A stretch of 64,000 bases of DNA from Pseudomonadota bacterium (GTDB lineage Bacteria > Bdellovibrionota_B > Oligoflexia > Silvanigrellales > Silvanigrellaceae): assembly GCA_039799905.1 (NCBI GenBank), contig JBDLRP010000042.1, positions 1-64,000 of the forward strand. The letters run 5' to 3'. The notes beneath the pieces are model-generated. The model saw only the letters and a program-made list of their open reading frames with translations, was not told the origin of the DNA and searched no databases. Position 1 is the first letter of the stretch; every line of letters begins with the position of its first letter. Shown one piece after another: positions 49,685 through 59,129 of this stretch. The position numbers and the translations under genes are program-made.

Positions 49685-51199
49685 ATGACCACGAGCAACA
49701 CACGACCAGTCCGAGTCCGTATCGCCCCGAGTCCGACCGGTGATCCTCATATCGGCACCGCATACATTGCGCTCTTCAACTACGTATTCGCCAAAAAACA
49801 TGGCGGAAAATTTATTGTCCGAATCGAAGACACCGATCAAACACGCTTCCGCAAAGACAGTGAAGGGATGATTCTCGACTGTCTGCGCTGGGTCGGTCTG
49901 CCTTGGGATGAAGGCCCCGACGTGGGCGGTCCGCATGCACCCTACCGGCAAAGTGAACGCACTCAGCTTTACCGCGAATATGCGCAGGTGCTGCTCAACA
50001 AGGGTCACGCGTACCGATGCTTCTGCTCGGGTGAACGGCTCGATCAGGTGCGTAAGGAACGCATGGCACAAAAGCAACAAGGTGGTTACGACCGTCATTG
50101 CCGCGAACTGGCTCAGGACGTTGTCGAGCAGAAATTGAAAAGCGGAGCCGCATTCACTATCCGGATGAAAATGCCGACGGGCGGAAGTACGAGCTTCAAT
50201 GATGGTCTGCGCGGCATTGTGTCATTCGAGAACGACGGCATCGATGATCAGGTTTTGCTCAAAAGTGACGGCTTTCCCACCTACCATCTCGCCAACGTCG
50301 TCGACGACCACGAAATGCAAATTTCGCACGTCATCCGCGGCGAGGAGTGGATCTCTTCAACGCCCAAGCACGTTGTCCTTTATGACATGTTCGGCTGGCA
50401 GCGTCCTGAATTCACGCATCTTCCGCTGCTGAGAAATGCAGACAAAAGCAAAATTTCGAAGCGCAAACAGCCAACCAGCATTAATTACTACCGACGCAAA
50501 GGTATTCTTCCAGACGCGCTGCGCAACTACCTTGCCCTGATGGGCTGGAGCTACGGCGACGACAAGGAAATTTTTTCGACTCAGGACATGATTGAACACT
50601 TCTCCATCGAGCGCATGACCCTCGGCGGACCTGTTTTTGATCTCGAAAAACTCGCATGGCTCAACGGCCATTATATGCGTTCATTGCCGACCAATCAGTA
50701 CGTCGGACATCTGCGCAAAGAAATTTTCTCGGAAGAAAATCTTGCACTGATCGTACCGCTCATCCGCGACCGCATCGAAAAATTTGAAGACTTTATTGGT
50801 GCAACACACTTTTTCTTTTCGGGCGACTTGAAGTACGACGCACAGCTTCTGCTGCCCAAAGGCCGTTCGCCTGCCGACACGGCACAGGTTTTGAGCGACG
50901 CGCTTGACGCTCTCGAAGTTCTTGAAACATGGAACGTCGCCGACATTACGGCTGCGATGGAGTCATTCCTCACCGCGAAAAATCTCAAGGCCAAGGATGT
51001 CTACATGCCGCTGCGGGTTGCAACGACGGGCGCCAGAGAAACACCGCCGCTGTTCGATTCCATGGCCGTCATCGGCAAGGAAATGGTCCGGCGGCGCATC
51101 CGCTGCGCAGTAGCGAACCTAAACACAATGCAGATTCCGGAGAGCACGCAGGCTCCGGCCGCAAACGACAAAAGCAAGCCAACAGCAGGGAAACACTGA
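49685..51199 (+). CDS. gltX: Glutamate--tRNA ligase
   Basis: [27 protein letters not shown] and KISKR, plus anticodon-binding domain. Confidence 0.96.
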   Translation: MTTSNTRPVRVRIAPSPTGDPHIGTAYIALFNYVFAKKHGGKFIVRIEDTDQTRFRKDSEGMILDCLRWVGLPWDEGPDVGGPHAPYRQSERTQLYREYAQVLLNKGHAYRCFCSGERLDQVRKERMAQKQQGGYDRHCRELAQDVVEQKLKSGAAFTIRMKMPTGGSTSFNDGLRGIVSFENDGIDDQVLLKSDGFPTYHLANVVDDHEMQISHVIRGEEWISSTPKHVVLYDMFGWQRPEFTHLPLLRNADKSKISKRKQPTSINYYRRKGILPDALRNYLALMGWSYGDDKEIFSTQDMIEHFSIERMTLGGPVFDLEKLAWLNGHYMRSLPTNQYVGHLRKEIFSEENLALIVPLIRDRIEKFEDFIGATHFFFSGDLKYDAQLLLPKGRSPADTAQVLSDALDALEVLETWNVADITAAMESFLTAKNLKAKDVYMPLRVATTGARETPPLFDSMAVIGKEMVRRRIRCAVANLNTMQIPESTQAPAANDKSKPTAGKH

Positions 51200-51202
51200 A
51201 AC

Positions 51203-53947
51203 ATGCAAAAAGCGATGCACACGGGCGGTAAAAAGCCGACAATACGCCATAAGTTCCTTAACAACGGATGCGAATGTTACCTTGAACAGGTCGACTTCGC
51301 GCCGCTCGTGACGCTGCAGATGTGGGTCAAAACCGGAAGTTTAGATGAACGCGAACATGAGTTTGGCATGGCGCACGTGCTCGAACACATGTTGTTCAAA
51401 GGCACCGAGCGCTTTCCCAAGACCGGCGAAATCGCCCAGCGCGTTGAATCCGCCGGCGGTGAAATCAACGCGTACACAACCTTCGACCACACAGTCTTCT
51501 ACATTAATGCTCCACGTGAATTTGCTTTTCAGGGCGCCGAACTTTTGTTTGACGTCGTCGGTTCCAGCCTGCTCGACAGCGAGGAACTCTCGCGTGAGCT
51601 GGAAGTCGTCATAGAAGAGATCCGCCGCAGCCGCGACAATCCGTCCGCACGCGTCAGCCACAGTCTTTTTTCCAACATCTTCACAGGCCATCCGAAGGCC
51701 AGACCGGTGATTGGCTACGAGGAGGTTGTCCGCAACTTCACACGCGAGACTCTCTCGGCGTTCTACAAACGCTGGTACATTCCGAATAACATGTTCTTTG
51801 TCGGCGCCGGAGATTTTGACCCGGCCGAAATGGACGCTCACCTGGAAACTCTTGCGCTCCGCTTTCCGGCAGGCAGTGTGCCCAACCGAGTTTGGAGCCG
51901 TCAGCACAAAACAGCACGCAAAGAAGCACCCACCTGCCATGTGATTCATGGACCGTATCAGGAAACGCGGCTGCAATTTACAGTTCCCGCACCGTGTCTG
52001 GAAGACGATCAAACACCTGCGTGGGACATGTTCGCGAGCATTCTCGGACACGGTGATTCCTCGCGGCTGGCCCATGCGGTGAAAGACGAATCACAACTCG
52101 TGACAGCCATCGACTCCACATTGTACACGCCGCGTTTTCCCTACGGCTTTGCCGGATTCGGCTTTTATGCCCGCACTGCCACGGCACACGATGCACTGTG
52201 CGCCGCTGTCGGTGAAATTTCCCGGCTCGCAAAAGAGGGACCCACCCAGGCCGAGCTTCAGCGCGTGCTGACTGCAGCCAAGGCCGAGAAGATTTATTCC
52301 AGTGAAAGTATCGAAGGTCATGTGCGAAACATCGGTAATAATCTTCTGACCGCAGCGCGCCTTGAGTTCGACACTCGCTTTCTTGAAAAACTCAGCAGAG
52401 TCAGCATTGAGCAGGTTCAGGCGTGTGCACAGGCGGTCTGCGACAACATTGCACAAGGTCAGGTCATCTGCGTTGCCGCCTGCAATCAGGAACATGCAGA
52501 GCTTTTCAACGAGTCCTCGCTCGCCGCAACCCTCACAAGCGTCTCCGAACAATTGCGCGCACAGAGCTCAACCAACGACAAGGCTCTGTCCGCGCAAGAG
52601 CGAATGGGTGCCGTGTCCCGCACCTCAGAACGCAATCCGGCGATACGGCAAATTTCAGCGCAGCTTGGCGATGGTGTCCGGCTCAATTTCAACACCAGAA
52701 ATTCAACCCGCCTTCCCGTCGCCAGTCATGTGCTTGTCTGGCGCTGGGGTCAGCATGAAGAACCCGAAGACAAAATCGGCCTCAATGCGTTTCTTGCTCA
52801 AATGCTGACCCGTGGTACCACACGGCAAAGCTATCGCAGTTTTGTAACGGAGCTTGAGGACATGGGCGCATCACTCAGCGCGTTCTCAACCCGCGATCTG
52901 TTTGGACTGCGGCTCGACGCACTCAGCGAAGTGCAACCCCGTGCACTCAAGATGCTCACCGACTGCTTATTCCGACCAGCTTTTGCCGAGGACCAGTTTG
53001 AACGCGTGCTGCGCGAAACCGAAGAGGTCCTGACCGCACAAAAAGACAGTCCGGGTTCACGCATGAGCCGTCTGAGCGGTCCGCTTCTTTACGGAACACA
53101 TGCTTACGCCCGCCCGGCGCTGGGCACGCTTGAAACGTTGAACAACATCAGTCTCGATGATCTGCACACACAATGGAACAGATTGTTGCTCACACAGTCA
53201 TTCGTCTTTTCGGGAGCGGGTGATTTCAACTCCGACCAAACATTCGAGACAGTGGCCACAGAATTGGCCGCGGCAGCATCCCAGCGCGGTGAACGCGGCA
53301 ATCATGTTTCTCCGTTGCGTACACCCGAATCGGCGCCACAAATGCCACGCACAGCGCGTGTCGGCTTTGACGTTCTTGAACGCGAACAGGCGCACGTCAG
53401 TCTTGCATTGCGTTCTTATCAACTGTCGGATTCTCGGCGCACGGCATTGGAAGTTGCCTGCGGCGTGCTCGGCGGACAAGGTGGACGTTTGTTCATGGAC
53501 CTCCGCGATGCACAGTCACTGGCCTACAGTCTGGGCTGCTCGCAATCTCCATCGCTGTGGGGCGGCAGTTTCAATTGCTACATCGGAACTGCGGCCGGAA
53601 AGGTGAAGCAGGCAATTGCGGGCATCAAGCATCACCTCGAGAAAATAGCTGCAGAAGCTCCCGATGCGGATGAGCTCAGCCGCGCGAAAAACACTCTTCT
53701 CGGCGGGCAGAGCCTGGACAGCCAGCACCATCATTATCAATCGTCACAACTTGCAATGAGTGATGTGTATGGATTGGGCTTCGACAATTTTCTGGGCTTT
53801 AAAGAGCGCATCGAGAAGGTGAGCGCTGAACAAGTTTCTGCAGCAGTGCGCGACCTGCTGACCAATGAAGCTCCCTGTTTGACCATCATCGGCCCGAAAG
53901 AAACGTGGGTGCCGGAAAGCAGCGACCCACTTCTGAAGTTGAACTGA
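51203..53947 (+). CDS. M16 (pitrilysin-like) zinc protease, two-module fusion
   Basis: GMAHVLEHMLFKGT (HxxEH), NAYT.FD.T and E.EVV.EE; the second module lacks HxxEH. Confidence 0.92.
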   Translation: MQKAMHTGGKKPTIRHKFLNNGCECYLEQVDFAPLVTLQMWVKTGSLDEREHEFGMAHVLEHMLFKGTERFPKTGEIAQRVESAGGEINAYTTFDHTVFYINAPREFAFQGAELLFDVVGSSLLDSEELSRELEVVIEEIRRSRDNPSARVSHSLFSNIFTGHPKARPVIGYEEVVRNFTRETLSAFYKRWYIPNNMFFVGAGDFDPAEMDAHLETLALRFPAGSVPNRVWSRQHKTARKEAPTCHVIHGPYQETRLQFTVPAPCLEDDQTPAWDMFASILGHGDSSRLAHAVKDESQLVTAIDSTLYTPRFPYGFAGFGFYARTATAHDALCAAVGEISRLAKEGPTQAELQRVLTAAKAEKIYSSESIEGHVRNIGNNLLTAARLEFDTRFLEKLSRVSIEQVQACAQAVCDNIAQGQVICVAACNQEHAELFNESSLAATLTSVSEQLRAQSSTNDKALSAQERMGAVSRTSERNPAIRQISAQLGDGVRLNFNTRNSTRLPVASHVLVWRWGQHEEPEDKIGLNAFLAQMLTRGTTRQSYRSFVTELEDMGASLSAFSTRDLFGLRLDALSEVQPRALKMLTDCLFRPAFAEDQFERVLRETEEVLTAQKDSPGSRMSRLSGPLLYGTHAYARPALGTLETLNNISLDDLHTQWNRLLLTQSFVFSGAGDFNSDQTFETVATELAAAASQRGERGNHVSPLRTPESAPQMPRTARVGFDVLEREQAHVSLALRSYQLSDSRRTALEVACGVLGGQGGRLFMDLRDAQSLAYSLGCSQSPSLWGGSFNCYIGTAAGKVKQAIAGIKHHLEKIAAEAPDADELSRAKNTLLGGQSLDSQHHHYQSSQLAMSDVYGLGFDNFLGFKERIEKVSAEQVSAAVRDLLTNEAPCLTIIGPKETWVPESSDPLLKLN

Positions 53948-53972
53948 GGCCGGCTTTACATGCCGGCGTTCA

Positions 53973-54746
53973 TTACTGCGGTCCAACGCGTGTCATGTGG
54001 GTGTTATTCATGACGTTGTGGCGCAGCTCGGGCGTAGTGCCGCCGGCGGGGTCGAACGAGTTCAGGTCGTTGATGTAGATTCCGGTTGTGAGACGGTCGT
54101 CCTGCACGGATGCAATTTCATAGTTGTGATGCGGCAGGTTCTTCAAAGTGCAGCCGTTTCGCTGAATGACAACTGTTGTTTTCTCCTTGCGAACTTCGAG
54201 CGCCTGACACTCTGCTTTCAATGCGGCAATGTCTGCGTCATCTTGCCCCGACAAGTCCGAGCTCATGGAAAACGTCCATGCCTCAATGGTGAAGTCGATG
54301 TTACGGAAGCCTTTTACCGAGGCGGGCTTCAGCGTGAAATTTCCATTTACATAGACCAATTCCTGCGTATTCAGGGCGGCGTCACCCAACACAAAGGTTC
54401 CGCTCGTGGTGAATGTATCTTTCTTTACGCTGCAGTTGTTTTCGTAGGTCACAAATTCACGGATGAAAGTTCCATCATTCAAAATCAATTTCTCTTCGCT
54501 TTGGGCACCGTCTGGAACACATGAACGCTGCCATGTTCCATCAATCGCGTCGGCGGCGGCTTCAGTGTATTCATTTGCAACCGGAACACCGCGTTCATTG
54601 GCATTGTGACTCGCACCTAGCTCCGTCGATGGCTGTTGTTTGGATTCTAAGACTCCGCAGCCTTGAAGAAATGCGAATGCACAGAGTGACAGTGGAAGAA
54701 CCGACTGAGTGAAGCCTTTGAGAAGGCGAAGTTTGGCAGCAGACAT
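53973..54746 (-). CDS. Hypothetical lipoprotein
   Basis: AGGAG RBS; LQG-C lipobox; GTW..SC lipocalin-like start. Confidence 0.78.
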   Translation of the reverse strand: MSAAKLRLLKGFTQSVLPLSLCAFAFLQGCGVLESKQQPSTELGASHNANERGVPVANEYTEAAADAIDGTWQRSCVPDGAQSEEKLILNDGTFIREFVTYENNCSVKKDTFTTSGTFVLGDAALNTQELVYVNGNFTLKPASVKGFRNIDFTIEAWTFSMSSDLSGQDDADIAALKAECQALEVRKEKTTVVIQRNGCTLKNLPHHNYEIASVQDDRLTTGIYINDLNSFDPAGGTTPELRHNVMNNTHMTRVGPQ

Positions 54747-54810
54747 GAAAGACTCCTTTGAACGATTTCTGCGAGTCGGGCCACACCGGCGCGCTCACTG
54801 CAGCCTCTTG

Positions 54811-54826
54811 AGCAAAAACAAAGCCA
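54811..54826 (-). promoter_or_regulatory. Candidate sigma54 promoter
   Basis: TGGCTTTGTTTTTGCT matches GG-N10-GC, upstream of the lipoprotein gene. Confidence 0.5.
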
Positions 54827-55093
54827 AACAGTCTGACGTAGTAGTTACAGAGAGTTAATCAAACAATAGCCGACAGAACTACGTCATTGAGATACATTTT
54901 TTGCAGTTTATCGACGGCATTTTTTGTCTATCATCTAAAAACATACGTCTCGCGCGCAAATGCGCCGGTCACGCGGCTGAGATTCACCCAAAAGTGGCTG
55001 AACGATTCAGCCAAAGGCCTGCTGCCATGCCAGAATTCATGTCGATTCTCGAACAGAGAGTGAAGTTCTGAGTGCATTGACAACACTCAGCTC

Positions 55094-55112
55094 CTGACAA
55101 ACAGCCATTCAG
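55094..55112 (+). repeat. 19-bp direct repeat, left copy
   Basis: CTGACAAACAGCCATTCAG, identical to 58056..58074. Confidence 0.9.
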
Positions 55113-55279
55113 ATGTCTGCCAGCTGGACCAGACAGAACGTCGAATGATGAGCCAAAAACAATGAAAACTCTGATTCTTACGACTCTGCGAGCGAGTTCT
55201 GTCGCGCGCAGATTGGCCCTGCTTTGCGCAGTTGATTAGAAATCTCCTCACAGATGCGAATCCACGGAGGCACCAGCTC

Positions 55280-58051
55280 ATGTCGGGAATACAGTCGGAA
55301 AAGTTCAACCGCGACCTCGCCTACGTCATGCAGGCACTGAAAGACGTTTTGCGCGAGTTGGGTCATCTGGAGCTGCTACCGTTCATTCCCTTCGTTGAGC
55401 GAAGTGAGGAAGAGATCGCAACGGCACACAACACCGTTCCTGCGCACGCGACACAGCTTGTTCAGCTTCTGTCGTTGTCCTTTCAACTTTTGAACATGGT
55501 CGAAGAAAACGTCAACGTTCAACGGCGGCGTTCTGCCCAGAGCGAGTCAAGCCTCGAAAGCGAATCCGGACTCTGGCCACAAACTTTGCGTGATCTTCGC
55601 ACTCAGGGTTTCTCAGAAGAGTCTGTCCGTCAGGCAATCAAAAAACTGCACGTTGAACCCGTGCTAACGGCACACCCCACGGAAGCGAAACGCTCGACCA
55701 TCCTCCAGCACCACCGCGATTTTTATCTTCTGCTCGTCAGACGAGAGAATCAGATGTGGACTTCAATTGAGCAAACCTGGCATTACGATGAAATGAAGGA
55801 GTTGCTTGAAAGACTCTGGCGGACTGGGTCGATTTTTCTGGAACGTCCAGATGTCGGATCAGAAATCCGCAACGTGATGCACTACCTGAAAAACGTATTT
55901 CCGCAGCTTCTGCCGTGGCTCGACAAACGCTTCAAGGCTGCATGGCAGGAAGTGGGTTTTACGAAGCAGCCGAATTTTCTTGCCGGCGAATATCCGAAGT
56001 TCCGACTGGGCAGCTGGGTGGGCGGCGACCGCGATGGACACCCTCTGGTGACAGCATACATAACACGAAGCGCACTTGAAGAACTCAGGCTCAATGCTCT
56101 TATTGTTCTCAGACACAAGCTTATCGAGCTGGCAAAAAAACTCAGCATCTCGGATCTTGCGCAAGGCATGCCGCAGCAACTTGCCGAGCGACTCTCCGAA
56201 TGCCAAAAAGACTATCCCGAATTGCATGCACGCGCCGTCTCGCGCAATCCACATGAGTCGCTGCGCAATCTTGTGCACATCATGATCGACCGGCTGCCCA
56301 TCGAGGTGGTGCGTGACCATGCCACACACCTGACCGAAAGGCCGCACAGTTACCGTCACCCGGATGAGGTTCTCAATGACCTCCGAATCCTTGCAGCTGC
56401 ACTCAATGAGATCGGTGCGCAGCGACTGATGAATGCCGATCTGCATGAAGTCGTCCGCCTGCTGGAAACCTACGGTTTTCACAGCGCGCGTCTCGATATC
56501 CGGCAGAACAGCCGCTTTCACGAGGCTGCGATGCAGCAGCTGCTGGTTCTTGCAGGTGTTCCGAATGCTGAAAATTATCAAAATTGGACCAACAATGAGA
56601 AGAGCGAATTCCTCATGCAGGAGTTGCGCAACACGCGGCCATTCACAACGCGCACTCAGACATTTGAGAAGCAAACGCACGACGTGATGGAATGCCTGAA
56701 AGTGATCCTCGAACATAGGCAACGTTACGGAGGCTCTGGCTTGGGTGCATATATCGTGAGCATGACCCATTCCGCGCTCGACCTGTTGACGATCTATCTT
56801 CTGGCCCGTGAGGTCGGACTCACTGAAGTTCGCAATCAACAGCTGATTTGCCCGATTGCGGTTGTTCCGCTTTTCGAAACTATTGAAGATCTTCAATCCA
56901 GTGTCGAAATTCTAGATACCTTTCTCGCTCATCCTGTCACCCGTGCAAGCCTCGAGTTTCAAAAACAGGAGGAGGGTTTGCAACGCCCGCGGCAGCAAAT
57001 CATGCTCGGTTACAGCGACAGCTGCAAAGACGGAGGAATTCTCGCAAGCCAGTGGCAGCTGTATCTGGCACAGGCCGAGCTCACACGGATTGGAGAAAAA
57101 CATGGAGTGGATCTGTTCTTTTTTCATGGTCGTGGTGGAACAGTCAGCCGCGGTGCGGGGCCGATTCACCGCTTCATGCAATCACTACCACCCAAAGCGT
57201 TGCACTCAGCATTCCGCATGACTGAACAGGGCGAAACAATCGCGCGTAAATACGCGAATCAGGCGACCGCCGTCTACAACCTTGAAGTGCTGCTCGCAAG
57301 CGCCAGCGCTGAGAGCCTGCAAAGTCAACAAAAAAAGCCTCAGGAACGCTGGGCCGACGAGGTCATGAACAAACTCTCGACCGTCAGTCTTACAGCTTAT
57401 CGCTCACTCATCACACGTGATGATTTCATGACCTTTTTTCGTCAGGCCACTCCCATCGACGTGCTTGAACATTTGCGAATCGGAAGTCGTCCGTCCAAGC
57501 GGACAGGTCAGGCAACTCTAGAAGATTTACGCGCAATTCCCTGGGTCTTCAGCTGGAACCAATCAAGATTTTATTTACCGAGCTGGTATGGAGTCGGAAC
57601 TGCGCTTTGCGAACTTGAGACCAGTGATCCAAATCATTTTTCAATGTTGTGTAAACACCTCACAGAACTACCGTTACTCAATTACGTGCTCCACAACGTC
57701 GAGACAACCGTGGCCTCGGCCAGCGAAGACATAATGCTCGCTTATGCAGAGCTTATTGAACAGGCGGACATCAGGAATGCGTATATGGAAGTAATTCTCG
57801 CCGAATTCCGGCGCACACGACAGATGCTTGTCAGAGTCTTCGGATCATCTATCGAGCAACGCCGTCCGACAGTAGTCAAGACGATTTCACTGCGGGAACC
57901 AAGCCTGCGACTGCTGCACGGACTGCAAATCTTCCAACTGAAAGAATGGCGCAAGAGTGACCCAAAAAATGTTGAAAAACGCGAGCAATTGTTGGCAAAG
58001 ATCTTCGCAACCATCAATGCAATCGCGGGCGGCCTGCGCAACACGGGATGA
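55280..58051 (+). CDS. ppc: Phosphoenolpyruvate carboxylase
   Basis: GGAGG RBS; LTAHPTE, GGDRDG, MLGYSDS.KDGG, FHGRGG and RAIPW; C-terminal GLRNTG. Confidence 0.97.
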   Translation: MSGIQSEKFNRDLAYVMQALKDVLRELGHLELLPFIPFVERSEEEIATAHNTVPAHATQLVQLLSLSFQLLNMVEENVNVQRRRSAQSESSLESESGLWPQTLRDLRTQGFSEESVRQAIKKLHVEPVLTAHPTEAKRSTILQHHRDFYLLLVRRENQMWTSIEQTWHYDEMKELLERLWRTGSIFLERPDVGSEIRNVMHYLKNVFPQLLPWLDKRFKAAWQEVGFTKQPNFLAGEYPKFRLGSWVGGDRDGHPLVTAYITRSALEELRLNALIVLRHKLIELAKKLSISDLAQGMPQQLAERLSECQKDYPELHARAVSRNPHESLRNLVHIMIDRLPIEVVRDHATHLTERPHSYRHPDEVLNDLRILAAALNEIGAQRLMNADLHEVVRLLETYGFHSARLDIRQNSRFHEAAMQQLLVLAGVPNAENYQNWTNNEKSEFLMQELRNTRPFTTRTQTFEKQTHDVMECLKVILEHRQRYGGSGLGAYIVSMTHSALDLLTIYLLAREVGLTEVRNQQLICPIAVVPLFETIEDLQSSVEILDTFLAHPVTRASLEFQKQEEGLQRPRQQIMLGYSDSCKDGGILASQWQLYLAQAELTRIGEKHGVDLFFFHGRGGTVSRGAGPIHRFMQSLPPKALHSAFRMTEQGETIARKYANQATAVYNLEVLLASASAESLQSQQKKPQERWADEVMNKLSTVSLTAYRSLITRDDFMTFFRQATPIDVLEHLRIGSRPSKRTGQATLEDLRAIPWVFSWNQSRFYLPSWYGVGTALCELETSDPNHFSMLCKHLTELPLLNYVLHNVETTVASASEDIMLAYAELIEQADIRNAYMEVILAEFRRTRQMLVRVFGSSIEQRRPTVVKTISLREPSLRLLHGLQIFQLKEWRKSDPKNVEKREQLLAKIFATINAIAGGLRNTG

Positions 58052-58055
58052 TGGT

Positions 58056-58074
58056 CTGACAAACAGCCATTCAG
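58056..58074 (+). repeat. 19-bp direct repeat, right copy
   Basis: CTGACAAACAGCCATTCAG, starting 4 nt after the ppc stop. Confidence 0.9.
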
Positions 58075-58086
58075 CAGATGCAACAC

Positions 58087-58929
58087 TCACTCAATATAGA
58101 CACCAAACTCATAGGCACTTTCATTTCCTGCCTTGTCGCGAACCTTAAGCGAACCGGGTGCAAGGGTTGTCCGTAATTTGAAAGATTTTTTATTTGACTG
58201 CTGCCACGTTGCGCCGGAATCAAACGAGTAGGCGAGCTCATGCAAACCTACTCCACTGTCGCTTGCATTGATGATGACAACCTCCGTCTGCAAACTTTCA
58301 TCTACCTTTGAAATTCCCTGTATCAATGGAGGTGTTACATCAGTCTGCGCAACAGGGTCACTCTTGAGAATATTGTCGGCGAATGGCGATACCTGCTGAT
58401 CGACGACCGAAATTCCCAACAAATTTCCAACTGCCGGAACTGCCAAGCGCACAACAAATCGGGCTTGAAGTATTTCGTTAGCCTTCACCACCGCCGGCTC
58501 CAGCATCCGCTGTTCATCGACCGTCAAAATGCGCTCTGCGACAAGTTCACCGCTCTGCCGCACGACAGAAAGACTCGAGACTTTGAAAACATCAACAACC
58601 GGCAGCTGATAAAAACTCCACACACCCAAGACAGTTGCAAAGACACTTCCCGATTCGGTGATCCTCAATTGCGCACCGTCGAGCGGAATGTTGGCAGGAT
58701 TGTCGAGGCTTGCAACAAGATAGCTGCCGAGGACGGGGACGGGCTGGAGAGGAATTCCAGTCGGCTCAGCGGGCTTGCCGCCTACATCGGAAGTGCTAGT
58801 CGAACCGCTGTTTGGAGTTGTTTTCTTTTGCTCTGGCGCGCCTGTCGGCAAATTCACAAACTTATCGTCCCCGGAAGAACCGCAACCAGTCAGAATCACA
58901 GCTGATAACAACAGGGAATGAAGCAGCAT
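58087..58929 (-). CDS. Lipoprotein with C-terminal Ig-like domain
   Basis: GGAGG RBS; LTG-C lipobox; DVTPP...A.D..VG...YSFD.G.TW...VRDKAGN. Confidence 0.78.
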   Translation of the reverse strand: MLLHSLLLSAVILTGCGSSGDDKFVNLPTGAPEQKKTTPNSGSTSTSDVGGKPAEPTGIPLQPVPVLGSYLVASLDNPANIPLDGAQLRITESGSVFATVLGVWSFYQLPVVDVFKVSSLSVVRQSGELVAERILTVDEQRMLEPAVVKANEILQARFVVRLAVPAVGNLLGISVVDQQVSPFADNILKSDPVAQTDVTPPLIQGISKVDESLQTEVVIINASDSGVGLHELAYSFDSGATWQQSNKKSFKLRTTLAPGSLKVRDKAGNESAYEFGVYIE

Positions 58930-59129
58930 AGAACCTCCGACACATTCGCCTGTTTATTCTTCGGAGGAAAAAAGACATTTCTTAAACGTAATCAGAGCAA
59001 GTCATAAAAAATTAATAGTTTCAATGAATTAAATTTTTAATAAATTGTTTTCAGAGTTTCAATCAGAACCCCGAGACTCTCACAAGAGCGGGTAAAACTG
59101 CGGGTGCACCTCAAAACACGGGAAAACAC

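Noticed and set aside
49499..50098. 200-aa N-terminal extension of the 900-aa ORF
   Set aside because: Runs antisense into gltX; ATG 49498 followed by a TM segment is the more plausible start.
55859..56896. 345-aa minus-strand ORF
   Set aside because: Antisense shadow of ppc.
59000..59060. AT-rich tract as IHF site or mobile-element end
   Set aside because: Only partial consensus match and no paired terminal repeat.
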